32,000 nucleotides of DNA, taken from Mycobacterium montefiorense. GTDB taxonomy: Bacteria > Actinomycetota > Actinomycetes > Mycobacteriales > Mycobacteriaceae. The DNA lies in assembly GCF_025823255.1 (NCBI RefSeq), contig NZ_JACKVL010000013.1, forward strand, positions 682,084 through 714,083, written 5' to 3'. Positions 8,076 through 17,347 of the stretch are shown here, one piece after another (the first letter of the stretch is position 1; each line of letters opens with the position of its first letter). The notes under the pieces were generated by a model. That model was not told where the DNA came from and did no database searches. It saw only the letters and a program-made list of their open reading frames with translations. The position numbers were made by a program, and so were the translations under genes.

Positions 8076-8978
8076 ATGCGCTTGAAGCGTAAGTTCGTAG
8101 GCGTGACCGCACAAAACTCGAAAGCTGTTGCCGAAGCGTCAGGAACGTTCACCTTCGGCGGCGATCTGACCGTCAACCGCCTCGGTTTCGGGGCAATGCG
8201 CATCGTCGGCAAGGGCGTCTGGGGTCCACCCGCCGATCGCGACGAATGTGTCCGGGTGCTGCGACGCGCCGTCGAACTCGGCGTGGACCTCTTCGACACC
8301 GCGGATTCCTACGGCCCCTACATCTCCGAGGACATCATCCGCGAGGCGCTGTACCCCTACGACAACCTGGCGATCGCAACCAAGGCCGGGTTCTTGCGGA
8401 CGGGCCCGGATGTCTGGATCGAGATGGGTTACCCGGCGTACCTGCGGCAGGAATGCGAGATGAGCCTGCGCCGCCTGGGCGTCGAGGCCATTGACCTGTT
8501 CCAGCTGCATCGCGTCGACCCCAAGTGGCCGTTGGCCGACCAGGTGGGCGAGCTGGTCAAGCTGAAGGACGAAGGCAAGATCCGGCATATCGGGCTGTCC
8601 GAGATCAATGTCGACCAGCTCAACGAGGCGCAGGCGATCACCCAGATCGTGTCGGTACAGAACCTGTACAACCTGACGGTCCGCAAGGCCGAACCGCTGC
8701 TCGATGCCGCCACCGAACAGGGCGTCGGCTTCATCCCGTACTTCCCGCTGGCAGCGGGGCCGCTGGCCGCTTCCGACGGCCCGCTGCAACGCATCGCCGC
8801 CGACCACCACGCGTCGCCGTCGCAGCTGGCCCTGGCCTGGCTGCTGAAGCGCTCGCCGGTGATGCTGCCGATCCCGGGAACGTCGAAGGTGGCGCACCTG
8901 GAGGAGAACGTGGCCGCCGCCGAGATCACGCTCAGCGACGACGAGTTCGAGACCCTGGCGGCTGCTGGAGCGCGGTAG
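8076..8978 (+). CDS. Aldo/keto reductase
   Basis: GFGAMRI, DTADSYGP, HRVDP and IRHIGLSE motifs with the AKR catalytic Asp/Tyr/Lys/His context. GTG 8103 (VTAQNS...) is an equally plausible start. Confidence 0.85.
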   Translation: MRLKRKFVGVTAQNSKAVAEASGTFTFGGDLTVNRLGFGAMRIVGKGVWGPPADRDECVRVLRRAVELGVDLFDTADSYGPYISEDIIREALYPYDNLAIATKAGFLRTGPDVWIEMGYPAYLRQECEMSLRRLGVEAIDLFQLHRVDPKWPLADQVGELVKLKDEGKIRHIGLSEINVDQLNEAQAITQIVSVQNLYNLTVRKAEPLLDAATEQGVGFIPYFPLAAGPLAASDGPLQRIAADHHASPSQLALAWLLKRSPVMLPIPGTSKVAHLEENVAAAEITLSDDEFETLAAAGAR

Positions 8979-9002
8979 GCGGCCACCCAATACGGTGTTC
9001 TG

Positions 9003-9627
9003 GTGGCCGGCGACCATCCGAAACACCCCGGTGGGGGGTTCAACCCACCCGAACCGACGACCAAGGGCGGGCCCGACTACGGCCGGTTCGTCGATGCGGT
9101 GCGCAAGCTGCAAGACCATGCGCGTGCCGTCGACGCCCCCGACGAGGTCATCAGCGAGGCCGCGGACACGCTGGAGAAGCTGTCTGCGCTGCTGAGCCCG
9201 TACGACGCCGACGAGTGGGCGTCGCCGTCGGGGCGGCGGATGGACTTGCCGATGCGCGGCAACATCCTCACGGTGCCGTTGTCGTCCCGCAAGACCGAGG
9301 ACGGGCGGATCGAGGGAACGGCCCGCTTCGCGCGGTTTCACCTGGGGCGCAACGGCGCCGTCCACGGTGGGTCGCTCGGGATGCTGTTCGACACCATCCT
9401 CGGCCTGACCGCCTCAGTGCTCACTGGCAGCCCCCGTCAACGCACCGCCTATTTGATAGATCAACTACCGCAATATCGTGCCGGTCGAAAAAGAGGTGCA
9501 GTTCGACGTGGGCATTGACGAGGTGGACGGCCGCAAAATCTTTGTGTCGGGCAGGGTGACCGACGGCGACACGCTGCTGGCCGAAGCCGATGCGTTGTTC
9601 GTGAAACTCAAACCCGGCCAGCCCTGA
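9003..9627 (+). pseudogene. PaaI/hotdog-fold thioesterase, interrupted by a +1 frameshift near 9456-9460
   Basis: Frame A (9003-9455) encodes ...HGGSLGMLFDTILGLTASVLTGSPRQRTAYL. The hotdog C-terminus INYRNIVPVEKEVQFDVGIDEVDGRKIFVSGRVTDGDTLLAEADALFVKLKPGQP continues in frame A+1 from 9460 to TGA 9625-9627. Deleting the T in TTGATAGATC restores L-K-I-N-Y-R. Confidence 0.7.
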
Positions 9628-9671
9628 TCGCGTTGCGTCTCGCATGACAATAGCCCCAGCTCATTGTTGTC

Positions 9672-9699
9672 TTGACAGACTATTGCACAGGTGTAGATT
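9672..9699 (+). promoter_or_regulatory. SigA-like promoter candidate (TTGACA-16 nt-TAGATT) upstream of the GT2 gene
   Basis: TTGACA at 9672-9677 and TAGATT at 9694-9699, in a locally AT-richer gap. A GAGG Shine-Dalgarno and ATG 9717 follow. Confidence 0.3.
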
Positions 9700-9716
9700 G
9701 AGCTACCGAGGTGGCT

Positions 9717-10790
9717 ATGAGCGCGAACAAGTACGTCAGATTGTGCGTAGTGACCGCCGCGAAATCCGCGGCGAGACTGACGGTCGCGCCAAGGCCTCGT
9801 TGTTCTATACGGGCCGGTGCCGTGCCGGCGATGGCCGACAGGCGCCGGTGCCCGTCGGTGGCGATCGTCATTCCGGCCTACAACGAGGAACGTTTCATCG
9901 GCAGGTGCCTTGAAGCGTGCCTCGATCAAACGTCGAGACCGGACGAGATCATCGTCGTCAACAACAGGTCGACCGATGGCACCGCCTCGATAGTGCGGAG
10001 ATATCAAGCAGGCCAGCCCCGCACCGACATACGCCTGATCGATCAAAACGAGGTTCAGGGCATCGCGCCAACGCGCAACCGCGGGTTCGACGACGCGCGA
10101 AGCGATGTGATCGGCCGTATTGACGCCGACTCCGTCATTGCCAGCGACTGGGTCCAGACGATTCGCGGCCGCTTCCGGGACCCGGTCATCGATGCGGCGA
10201 CCGGACCTGTCATCTACTACGACATGCCGATGCGCGGACTCTTCCTCCGGATCGATCGCACGGTCCGTGCCTGGTTGCAGTTCAGCTGCAAGGACCAACG
10301 GTTCCTGCTCGGGGCCAATATGGCCATCCGTGCCTCGGCGTGGAGGGCGGTCCGTCAGCTGACGCGGCTGGATCCAGAAGATCTCCTGCATGAAGACATT
10401 GACCTGGCGGTGACGCTGTTCAAGAACGACTTCGAGGTCGCATACGAGCCCACACTCGTTGCCGGTATGTCCGGTCGGCGGGTTGAATGCTCGCCGCGCG
10501 AGTTCTATCGCTACGCCACGCGCTACATCAGGACCACCAGAGCGCACGGAGTCAAGAGCGGTCCCGCCCGCTTGACGGTCGCCATCCTCCTGCTGGGGTA
10601 CTTCCCAGCTCGCATGCTTCGGTTCTGCTACGACGTAGACAAACTTCGGTTCACCACGACGAAGCTGCGCGCCACACTTGGCGAGCTCACCAGCCGCGCC
10701 GGACGCGATGCGCGGGCGCAGGTGTTCAAACTGGGTAGGACCGACACTGCCGCGCGACCGGTAGCCCCGTTGCGTGATCGAGCGGCGTAG
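9717..10790 (+). CDS. Family 2 glycosyltransferase (GT-A fold) with C-terminal hydrophobic/basic extension
   Basis: VAIVIPAYNEERFIGRCLEACLDQT, IIVVNNRSTDGT and RIDADS (DxD-like) are GT2 hallmarks. ATG 9717 is preferred because of the upstream GAGG. ATG 9831 is an alternative start. Confidence 0.8.
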   Translation: MSANKYVRLCVVTAAKSAARLTVAPRPRCSIRAGAVPAMADRRRCPSVAIVIPAYNEERFIGRCLEACLDQTSRPDEIIVVNNRSTDGTASIVRRYQAGQPRTDIRLIDQNEVQGIAPTRNRGFDDARSDVIGRIDADSVIASDWVQTIRGRFRDPVIDAATGPVIYYDMPMRGLFLRIDRTVRAWLQFSCKDQRFLLGANMAIRASAWRAVRQLTRLDPEDLLHEDIDLAVTLFKNDFEVAYEPTLVAGMSGRRVECSPREFYRYATRYIRTTRAHGVKSGPARLTVAILLLGYFPARMLRFCYDVDKLRFTTTKLRATLGELTSRAGRDARAQVFKLGRTDTAARPVAPLRDRAA

Positions 10791-10969
10791 CGGCCGACTC
10801 GCTCGCATTTGTTGAGATGTTGGTCCGCCCGGCCGCGTCCGCGATGGGTTAAGCCGCGGCCAACCGGTATTGCCTTGGGCTCCTCGAGGTCCGCCCCGAT
10901 AGCATGGCAACGTTCAATCAGGATCATTGGTGACCCGCAAACACAACTAAGCCTTGGAGACCCAACTCG

Positions 10970-13024
10970 ATGAGCGCCCCCGCCGACTCCGTCCCAGCAG
11001 CCCCGATCCGGGTTCCTGCCGGGACTACCGCGGCCGCCGCGGTCGGCGAGGCGGGGTTGCCCAGACGCGGTACGCCCGACGCCGTCGTGGTGGTACGCGA
11101 CGCCGACGGCAAGCTGCGCGATCTGAGCTGGGCGCCCGAGGCCGACACGCAGGTCGTCCCGGTCGCCGCCAACACCGACGACGGCCGCAGCGTCATCCGG
11201 CATTCGGCCGCACACGTGCTGGCCCAGGCCGTCCAAGACATGTTCCCGCACGCCAAATTGGGCATCGGGCCGCCGATCACCGATGGCTTCTACTACGACT
11301 TCGACGTGCCGGAGCCGTTCACGCCCGAGGACCTGACGAAGCTGGAAAAGCGGATGCGGCAGATCGTCAAGGATGGCCAGCTGTTCGACCGGCGGGTGTA
11401 CGAATCCAAGGAAGCGGCGCGCCAGGAACTCGCCGGCGAGCCCTTCAAACTGGAGCTAGTCGACGACAAGTCCGGCGATCCCGATGTCATGGAGGTCGGC
11501 GGCGACGAGCTCACCGCATACGACAACCTCAACCCTCGTACCCGCGAACGGGTTTGGGGTGACTTGTGCCGCGGGCCGCACATCCCGACCACCAAGCACA
11601 TCCCGGCGTTCAAGCTCACCCGTAGCTCGGCCGCCTACTGGCGCGGCGACCAGAGCAACGCAAGCTTGCAACGCATCTACGGCACCGCCTGGGAGTCGCA
11701 AGAGGCGCTCGACAAACATCTGGAGCTCCTCGAGGAGGCGCAGCGCCGTGACCATCGCAAGCTGGGCGTCGAGCTCGACCTGTTCAGCTTCCCCGACGAA
11801 ATCGGTTCGGGCCTAGCGGTTTTCCACCCGAAGGGCGGCATCATCCGCCGTGAGCTGGAGGAGTACTCGCGGCGCAAGCACATCGAGGCCGGGTACGAGT
11901 TCGTCAATACCCCGCACATCACCAAGGAGCAGCTGTACATCACGTCGGGCCACCTCGAGTGGTACGCCGACGGAATGTACCCGCCGATGCACCTCGACGC
12001 GGAGTTCAACGCAGACGGGACGGTGCGCAAGCCCGGGCAGGACTACTACCTCAAGCCGATGAACTGCCCGATGCACCACCTGATCTATCGGTCTCGCGGA
12101 CGCTCGTACCGCGAGCTTCCGTTGCGGCTCTTCGAGTTCGGCAGCGTGTACCGCTACGAGAAGTCGGGCGTGGTGCACGGGCTGACCCGGGTGCGCGGCA
12201 TGACGCAGGACGACGCTCACATCTACTGCACGCGAGAGCAGATGCGCGACGAGCTGACCTCGCTGCTGCGCTTCGTGCTCGACTTGCTGGCCGACTACGG
12301 TCTCAACGACTTCTACCTGGAGCTGTCCACCAAGGACCCGGAGAAGTATTCCGGCTCTGACGACATGTGGGACGAGGCCACCGAAGTCTTGCGTGAGGTC
12401 GCCGTGGCGTCCGGGTTGCATTTCGTTCCCGACCCCGGTGGCGCGGCGTTTTATGGCCCGAAGATCTCGGTGCAGGTCAAGGACGCGCTGGGCCGCAGCT
12501 GGCAGATGTCGACCATCCAGCTCGACTTCAACATGCCGGACCGATTCGAGCTGGAATACACCGCGTCCGACGGGTCGCGGCAGCGGCCGGTGCTCATCCA
12601 CCGGGCGCTGTTCGGCTCCATCGAGCGATTCTTCGGCATCCTCACCGAGCACTACGCCGGGGCCTTCCCGGCATGGTTGGCGCCGCTCCAGGTGATCGGC
12701 ATCCCGGTCTCCGACGAACACGCGGCATACCTAAAAGATGTTGCCGCGCAATTGAGGTCGCGAGGCGTTCGGGTGGAGGTGGACAACAGCGACGACCGGA
12801 TGGCGAAGAAGATCGTGAACCACACCGCCCAGAAGGTCCCGTTCATGTTGCTGGCCGGCGACCGTGACGTGCAGGCCGGGGCGGTCAGCTTCCGCTTCGG
12901 CGACCGCACCCAGATCAACGGCGTGCCGCTGGACGCCGCGATCGATACGATCGTCAAGTGGATCGCGGACCGCGAGAATGCATCTCCCACAGCAGAACTG
13001 GTAAAGGTAGCCGGCGGTGAGTGA
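10970..13024 (+). CDS. thrS: Threonine--tRNA ligase
   Basis: 684-aa ORF with TGS-like N-terminus, editing-domain [11 protein letters not shown], class II core motifs (FRDE-equivalent [33 protein letters not shown]) and an anticodon-binding C-terminus. Confidence 0.97.
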   Translation: MSAPADSVPAAPIRVPAGTTAAAAVGEAGLPRRGTPDAVVVVRDADGKLRDLSWAPEADTQVVPVAANTDDGRSVIRHSAAHVLAQAVQDMFPHAKLGIGPPITDGFYYDFDVPEPFTPEDLTKLEKRMRQIVKDGQLFDRRVYESKEAARQELAGEPFKLELVDDKSGDPDVMEVGGDELTAYDNLNPRTRERVWGDLCRGPHIPTTKHIPAFKLTRSSAAYWRGDQSNASLQRIYGTAWESQEALDKHLELLEEAQRRDHRKLGVELDLFSFPDEIGSGLAVFHPKGGIIRRELEEYSRRKHIEAGYEFVNTPHITKEQLYITSGHLEWYADGMYPPMHLDAEFNADGTVRKPGQDYYLKPMNCPMHHLIYRSRGRSYRELPLRLFEFGSVYRYEKSGVVHGLTRVRGMTQDDAHIYCTREQMRDELTSLLRFVLDLLADYGLNDFYLELSTKDPEKYSGSDDMWDEATEVLREVAVASGLHFVPDPGGAAFYGPKISVQVKDALGRSWQMSTIQLDFNMPDRFELEYTASDGSRQRPVLIHRALFGSIERFFGILTEHYAGAFPAWLAPLQVIGIPVSDEHAAYLKDVAAQLRSRGVRVEVDNSDDRMAKKIVNHTAQKVPFMLLAGDRDVQAGAVSFRFGDRTQINGVPLDAAIDTIVKWIADRENASPTAELVKVAGGE

Positions 13025-13589
13025 GCAGGACAGCGCCGATGGCAGCGACGACACCATTCTCGACAGAGGTGTCGGCGAGCGTGACCATCTGCAGCGGTTG
13101 TGGACGCCGTATCGGATGACGTATCTGGCCGAATCGCCGGCCAAGCGCGACAACGGCAAAACTGAGGAGCCGTTCTCCGACATTCCAGAATTGCCCGACG
13201 AGGAGGGCCTGGTGGTCGCCCGCGGCGAGCTTGTCTACGCCGTGCTCAACCTCTACCCGTACAACCCCGGGCACCTGATGGTGGTGCCCTACCGGCGGGT
13301 TTCGGAGCTCGAGGACCTGACCGACGCGGAGAGCGCGGAACTGATGTTGTTCATGCAGAAGGCAATTCGCGTGATCAAGAACGTATCGCGGCCACACGGC
13401 TTCAATGTAGGCCTGAATTTAGGGACATCGGCGGGTGGATCGCTGGCCGAACATCTGCACGTGCACGTGGTGCCGCGCTGGGGTGGCGACGCAAACTTCA
13501 TCACCATCGTCGGGGGCGCGAAGGTGATCCCGCAGTTGCTGCGTGAGACGCGCCAGTTGCTGGCTACCGAATGGTCGAAACAAGAATGA
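13017..13589 (+). CDS. HIT-family protein (Ap4A phosphorylase-like, Rv2613c-like)
   Basis: Histidine triad [13 protein letters not shown] 13017 overlaps the thrS stop by 8 nt (GTGAGTGA). Confidence 0.9.
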   Translation: MSEQDSADGSDDTILDRGVGERDHLQRLWTPYRMTYLAESPAKRDNGKTEEPFSDIPELPDEEGLVVARGELVYAVLNLYPYNPGHLMVVPYRRVSELEDLTDAESAELMLFMQKAIRVIKNVSRPHGFNVGLNLGTSAGGSLAEHLHVHVVPRWGGDANFITIVGGAKVIPQLLRETRQLLATEWSKQE

Positions 13590-14251
13590 GTAAGGCGCCC
13601 TTCCTATCCCGGGCCGCGTTCGCCCGGCTCACTACTCCGACGGCCCGGGCGCTGCTGCGGCTGGGTTTGACGCCGGACGCCGTCACCATCGTGGGCACTA
13701 TCGCGTCGGTCGCGGGGGCGTTGACGCTCTTCCCGATGGGCAAGCTGTTCCCCGGGGCATGTGTGGTCTGGTTTTTCGTGCTGTTCGACATGGTTGACGG
13801 TGCGATGGCCCGCGAGCGCGGCGGCGGCACCCGATTCGGTGCGGTGCTCGACGCCACGTGTGACCGGATCAGCGACGGTGCGGTGTTCAGCGGGCTGCTG
13901 TGGTGGATTGTCTTTGGCCTGCACGACAAACCGCTCGCGGCGGCGACGCTGATCTGTCTGGTCACATCCCAGGTGATCTCCTACATCAAGGCCCGGGCCG
14001 AAGCCAGCGGGCTGCGCGGCGATGGCGGAATCATCGAACGGCCCGAGCGGCTGATCATCGTGCTGTCCGGTGCCGGGGTGTCGGACTTTCCGTTCGTCGC
14101 CTGGCCGCCCGCGCTGCCGGTGGCGATGTGGGTATTGGCGGCGGCCAGCGTCCTCACCTGCCTGCAGCGGCTACACGCGGTGCGGACGTCGCCCGGTGCT
14201 CCCGAACCCTTGCCGCCCAATCCGGGTGGCCAGGAAACGAGCCAACCGTGA
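13586..14251 (+). CDS. pgsA1: CDP-alcohol phosphatidyltransferase: phosphatidylinositol phosphate synthase
   Basis: [18 protein letters not shown]... and the CDP-OH-P transferase motif D-x2-DG-x2-AR...D-x3-D (DMVDGAMARE...DATCDRISD). ATG 13586 overlaps the HIT stop (ATGA). Confidence 0.92.
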   Translation: MSKAPFLSRAAFARLTTPTARALLRLGLTPDAVTIVGTIASVAGALTLFPMGKLFPGACVVWFFVLFDMVDGAMARERGGGTRFGAVLDATCDRISDGAVFSGLLWWIVFGLHDKPLAAATLICLVTSQVISYIKARAEASGLRGDGGIIERPERLIIVLSGAGVSDFPFVAWPPALPVAMWVLAAASVLTCLQRLHAVRTSPGAPEPLPPNPGGQETSQP

Positions 14252-15198
14252 TCTCCATTCCGCTGCGCCGCAATGTCCTCACGGCGCCGCGCGACCTGTT
14301 GACCCGGACGGCGACCGACTGGGCGTACGCGGCCGGCTGGATGGCGGTACGCACGGTCCCGGAGTTCGCCGCGCGCAACGTATTCGACACCGGAGCGCGC
14401 TACGCCGCCCGCGGCGGCGGACCCGAGCAGCTGCGCAAGAACCTGGCCCGGGTCACCGGTGTGCCGCCGGCGCAGGTGCCGGACAGCCTGATGCGGGCTT
14501 CGCTGGCGTCCTATGGCCGTTACTGGCGGGAGGCGTTTCGGCTGCCGTCGATGGACCATCGGGTGCTGGCCCGGCAGGTCGACGAGACGTTCGTGGGGGC
14601 CGACCATATCGACGCCGCCCTGGCCGCCGGCCGGGGTGTGGTGCTGGCGCTGCCGCACAGCGGCAACTGGGACATGGCCGGGCTGTGGCTGGCGCAGACG
14701 CGCGGCACTTTCACCACGGTCGCCGAGCGGCTCAAACCCGAGTCGCTGTACCGGCGTTTCATCGCCTACCGGGAAAGCCTTGGCTTCGAAGTGCTACCGC
14801 TGTCCGGCGGCGACCGTCCGGCCTTCGAGGTGTTGTGCGAGCGGCTGCGGGCCAACCGGGTGGTGTGCCTGATGGCCGAGCGCGATCTCACCCGCAGCGG
14901 CGTCGAAGTCGACTTCTTCGGCGAGCCCACCCGGATGCCGGCCGGGCCGGCGAGGCTCGCGATCGCAACCGGGGCAGCGTTGTGTGCGGCGCACTGCTGG
15001 AATGAGCCCGACGGCTGGTCCGTCGAGATATTTCCGCCGCTGGACTGTTCCAGCGGGGATGTCAAAGCAATCACCCAGGCGCTGGCCGATCAGTTCACCC
15101 GCAACATCGCCGCGCACCCCGAAGATTGGCACATGCTGCAGCCGCAGTGGCTGGCCGATCTTTCCGACGACAGACGCGCCCGGCTGAAGGAAGCCTGA
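14248..15198 (+). CDS. patA: Lauroyl/myristoyl (LpxL/HtrB-like) acyltransferase, PIM acyltransferase PatA-like
   Basis: GTG 14248 overlaps the pgsA1 stop (GTGA) and gives 316 aa. The HSGNWD catalytic motif is present. Its position between pgsA1 and pimA matches Rv2611c. Confidence 0.9.
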   Translation: MISIPLRRNVLTAPRDLLTRTATDWAYAAGWMAVRTVPEFAARNVFDTGARYAARGGGPEQLRKNLARVTGVPPAQVPDSLMRASLASYGRYWREAFRLPSMDHRVLARQVDETFVGADHIDAALAAGRGVVLALPHSGNWDMAGLWLAQTRGTFTTVAERLKPESLYRRFIAYRESLGFEVLPLSGGDRPAFEVLCERLRANRVVCLMAERDLTRSGVEVDFFGEPTRMPAGPARLAIATGAALCAAHCWNEPDGWSVEIFPPLDCSSGDVKAITQALADQFTRNIAAHPEDWHMLQPQWLADLSDDRRARLKEA

Positions 15199-16322
15199 TG
15201 CGGATCGGGATGGTCTGTCCCTACTCGTTCGACGTGCCGGGCGGGGTGCAGTCGCACGTCTTACAGCTGGCCGAGGTGATGCGCGCGCGGGGCCATGAGG
15301 TCAGTGTGCTGGCTCCGGCGTCGCCGCATGCCGCGCTGCCGGACTACGTCGTGTCCGCCGGAAAGGCCGTCGCGATTCCGTACAACGGCTCGGTGGCTCG
15401 GCTTCGATTCGGCCCGGCGACCCACCGCAAGGTCAAGAAGTGGCTTGGCGAAGGCGCTTTCGACGTCTTGCACCTGCACGAGCCCAATGCGCCGAGCCTG
15501 TCGATGCTGGCCCTGAATATCGCTGCCGGGCCAATTGTGGCGACCTTTCACACCTCGACCACCAAATCCTTGACGCTGACCGTCTTCCAGGGTTTCCTGC
15601 GGCCGATGCACGAGAAGATCGTCGGCCGCATCGCGGTGTCCGACCTGGCTCGGCGCTGGCAGGTGGAGGCGCTCGGGACGGATGCGGTGGAGATCCCCAA
15701 CGGGGTCGACGTCGACTCCCTGGCCTCGGCGCCGCAGTTGGACGGGTATCCGCGGCAGGGCAAGACGGTGTTGTTCTTGGGCCGCTACGACGAGCCGCGC
15801 AAAGGCATGGCGGTGCTCATCGAGGCGCTGCCTCAGGTGGTGGAACACTTTCCGGATCTTCAAGTGCTGGTCGTCGGCCACGGCGATGAGGACGAATTGC
15901 GCACGCAGGCAGGTGCATTGGCGGCGCACATGCGCTTCCTCGGTCTGGTCGACGACGACGGAAAGGCGTCGGCGATGCGCAGTGCCGATGTCTACTGCGC
16001 GCCCAACATGGGCGGGGAGAGCTTCGGCATCGTCCTGGTGGAGGCGATGGCTGCCGGCACGCCAGTGGTGGCCAGCGACCTGGACGCCTTCCGTCGCGTG
16101 CTGCGCGATGGGGAGGCCGGGCGGCTGTTTCCGGTCGGCGATGCGGCCGGGCTGGCCGATGGGCTGATCGAGATGCTGGAAAACGACGTGCTGCGCGAAC
16201 GGTACGCGGCGGCCGCGTGCGAAGTGGTGGCACGCTACGACTGGTCGGTGGTGGCCAGTCAGATTACGCGGGTGTACGAGACGGTTGCCGGTTCGGGCGT
16301 CAAGGTTCAGGTGGCCAGCTGA
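15198..16322 (+). CDS. pimA: GT4 mannosyltransferase, phosphatidylinositol alpha-mannosyltransferase
   Basis: MRIGMVCPYSFDVPGGVQSHV N-terminus and the C-terminal GESFGIVLVEAMAAGTPVVASD (E-x7-E) motif. The start shares one nt with the patA stop (TGATG). Confidence 0.93.
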   Translation: MRIGMVCPYSFDVPGGVQSHVLQLAEVMRARGHEVSVLAPASPHAALPDYVVSAGKAVAIPYNGSVARLRFGPATHRKVKKWLGEGAFDVLHLHEPNAPSLSMLALNIAAGPIVATFHTSTTKSLTLTVFQGFLRPMHEKIVGRIAVSDLARRWQVEALGTDAVEIPNGVDVDSLASAPQLDGYPRQGKTVLFLGRYDEPRKGMAVLIEALPQVVEHFPDLQVLVVGHGDEDELRTQAGALAAHMRFLGLVDDDGKASAMRSADVYCAPNMGGESFGIVLVEAMAAGTPVVASDLDAFRRVLRDGEAGRLFPVGDAAGLADGLIEMLENDVLRERYAAAACEVVARYDWSVVASQITRVYETVAGSGVKVQVAS

Positions 16323-17341
16323 TGACCTGGCTGCTTGCGGTCCTCGTCGTGCTGCTCATTGTGTTTGCGCTGATCGGCATTTGGGCGATCCGGACGGCCC
16401 AGCGGCTGGACCGGCTCAACGTCCGCTACGACCTGTCCTGGCAGGCGCTGGACGGCGCGCTGGCGCGCCGCGCGGTGGTCGCACGCGCCGTCGCGATCGA
16501 CGCCTACGGCGGCTCCACCGAAGGCCGAAAACTTTCCGCGCTGGCCGATGCCGCCGAGCGGGCGACCCGCCAGGCGCGGGAGAACGCCGAAAACGAGCTT
16601 TCGGCCGCGCTGGCGACTGTCGACCCGGCGGCCCTGCCCGCCGGTCTGATCGCCGAACTGGCCGACGCCGAGGCCCGGCTGCTGCTGGCTCGCCGATTCC
16701 ACAACGACGCGGTCCGCGACACCCTCGCGCTGGCCGATCGGCGCCCGGTACGGGCCCTTCGGCTCGGTGGAACAGCCACGCTGCCAAGCTATTTCGAGAT
16801 CGTCGAGCGGCCGCACGCGCTGGCCTACACCGGTCACGGGATGCCCAAACACCGCACCTCGGCGCGGGTGGTGTTGGTCGACGAGACCGACGCGGTGCTG
16901 TTGCTGTGCGGCTCGGATCCGGCGGTCGCCGACGCGCCCCGGTGGTGGTTCACCGTGGGCGGTGAGGTGCGGCCGGGCGAGCGGTTGGCCGCGGCCGCAG
17001 CGCGAGAGTTGGGCGAGGAGACCGGTTTACAGGTCGCGTCGGGCGACATGGTCGGACCGATCTGGCGCCGCGATGAGGTGTTCGAGTTCAACGGCACGCT
17101 GATCGATAGCGAGGAGTTCTTCTTCGTGCACCGCACCCAACGCTTCGAGCCGTCCTGCACCGGCCGGACCGAACTGGAACGCCGCTACATTCACTGCCAC
17201 CGCTGGTGCGATGCCAACGACATCGCCGAACTGGTGGCCGCGGGCCAGACCGTTTACCCACGCCAGCTGTCCGAACTGCTCGCCGATGCGATCGCATTGG
17301 CGAGCAGTCGGACGCCGGGGCCGCTGTTGGGAATTCGCTGA
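16322..17341 (+). CDS. Membrane-anchored LemA-like / NUDIX hydrolase fusion (Rv2609c-like)
   Basis: N-terminal TM helix, then a LemA-like coiled region, then the Nudix box GGEVRPGERLAAAAARELGEETGL. ATG 16322 shares one nt with the pimA stop (TGATG). Confidence 0.85.
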   Translation: MTWLLAVLVVLLIVFALIGIWAIRTAQRLDRLNVRYDLSWQALDGALARRAVVARAVAIDAYGGSTEGRKLSALADAAERATRQARENAENELSAALATVDPAALPAGLIAELADAEARLLLARRFHNDAVRDTLALADRRPVRALRLGGTATLPSYFEIVERPHALAYTGHGMPKHRTSARVVLVDETDAVLLLCGSDPAVADAPRWWFTVGGEVRPGERLAAAAARELGEETGLQVASGDMVGPIWRRDEVFEFNGTLIDSEEFFFVHRTQRFEPSCTGRTELERRYIHCHRWCDANDIAELVAAGQTVYPRQLSELLADAIALASSRTPGPLLGIR

Positions 17342-17347
17342 CGAGAG

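Noticed and set aside
8139..9365. 408-aa minus-strand ORF
   Set aside because: It is antisense to the aldo/keto reductase and the thioesterase. The translation is low-complexity and Arg/Gln/Gly/Val-rich, with no domain signature.
9440..9470. Programmed +1 ribosomal frameshift in the thioesterase gene
   Set aside because: There is no slippery motif, no in-frame stop at the shift site in the incoming frame, and no upstream Shine-Dalgarno-like stimulator of the RF2 type. A simple 1-nt insertion explains the data.
9465..10910. 481-aa minus-strand ORF, the longest unexplained ORF in the track
   Set aside because: It lies antisense to the well-supported GT2 gene and the thioesterase 3' end. The translation is Arg/Pro/Gly-rich with no recognisable motif. 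This is a typical high-GC shadow ORF.
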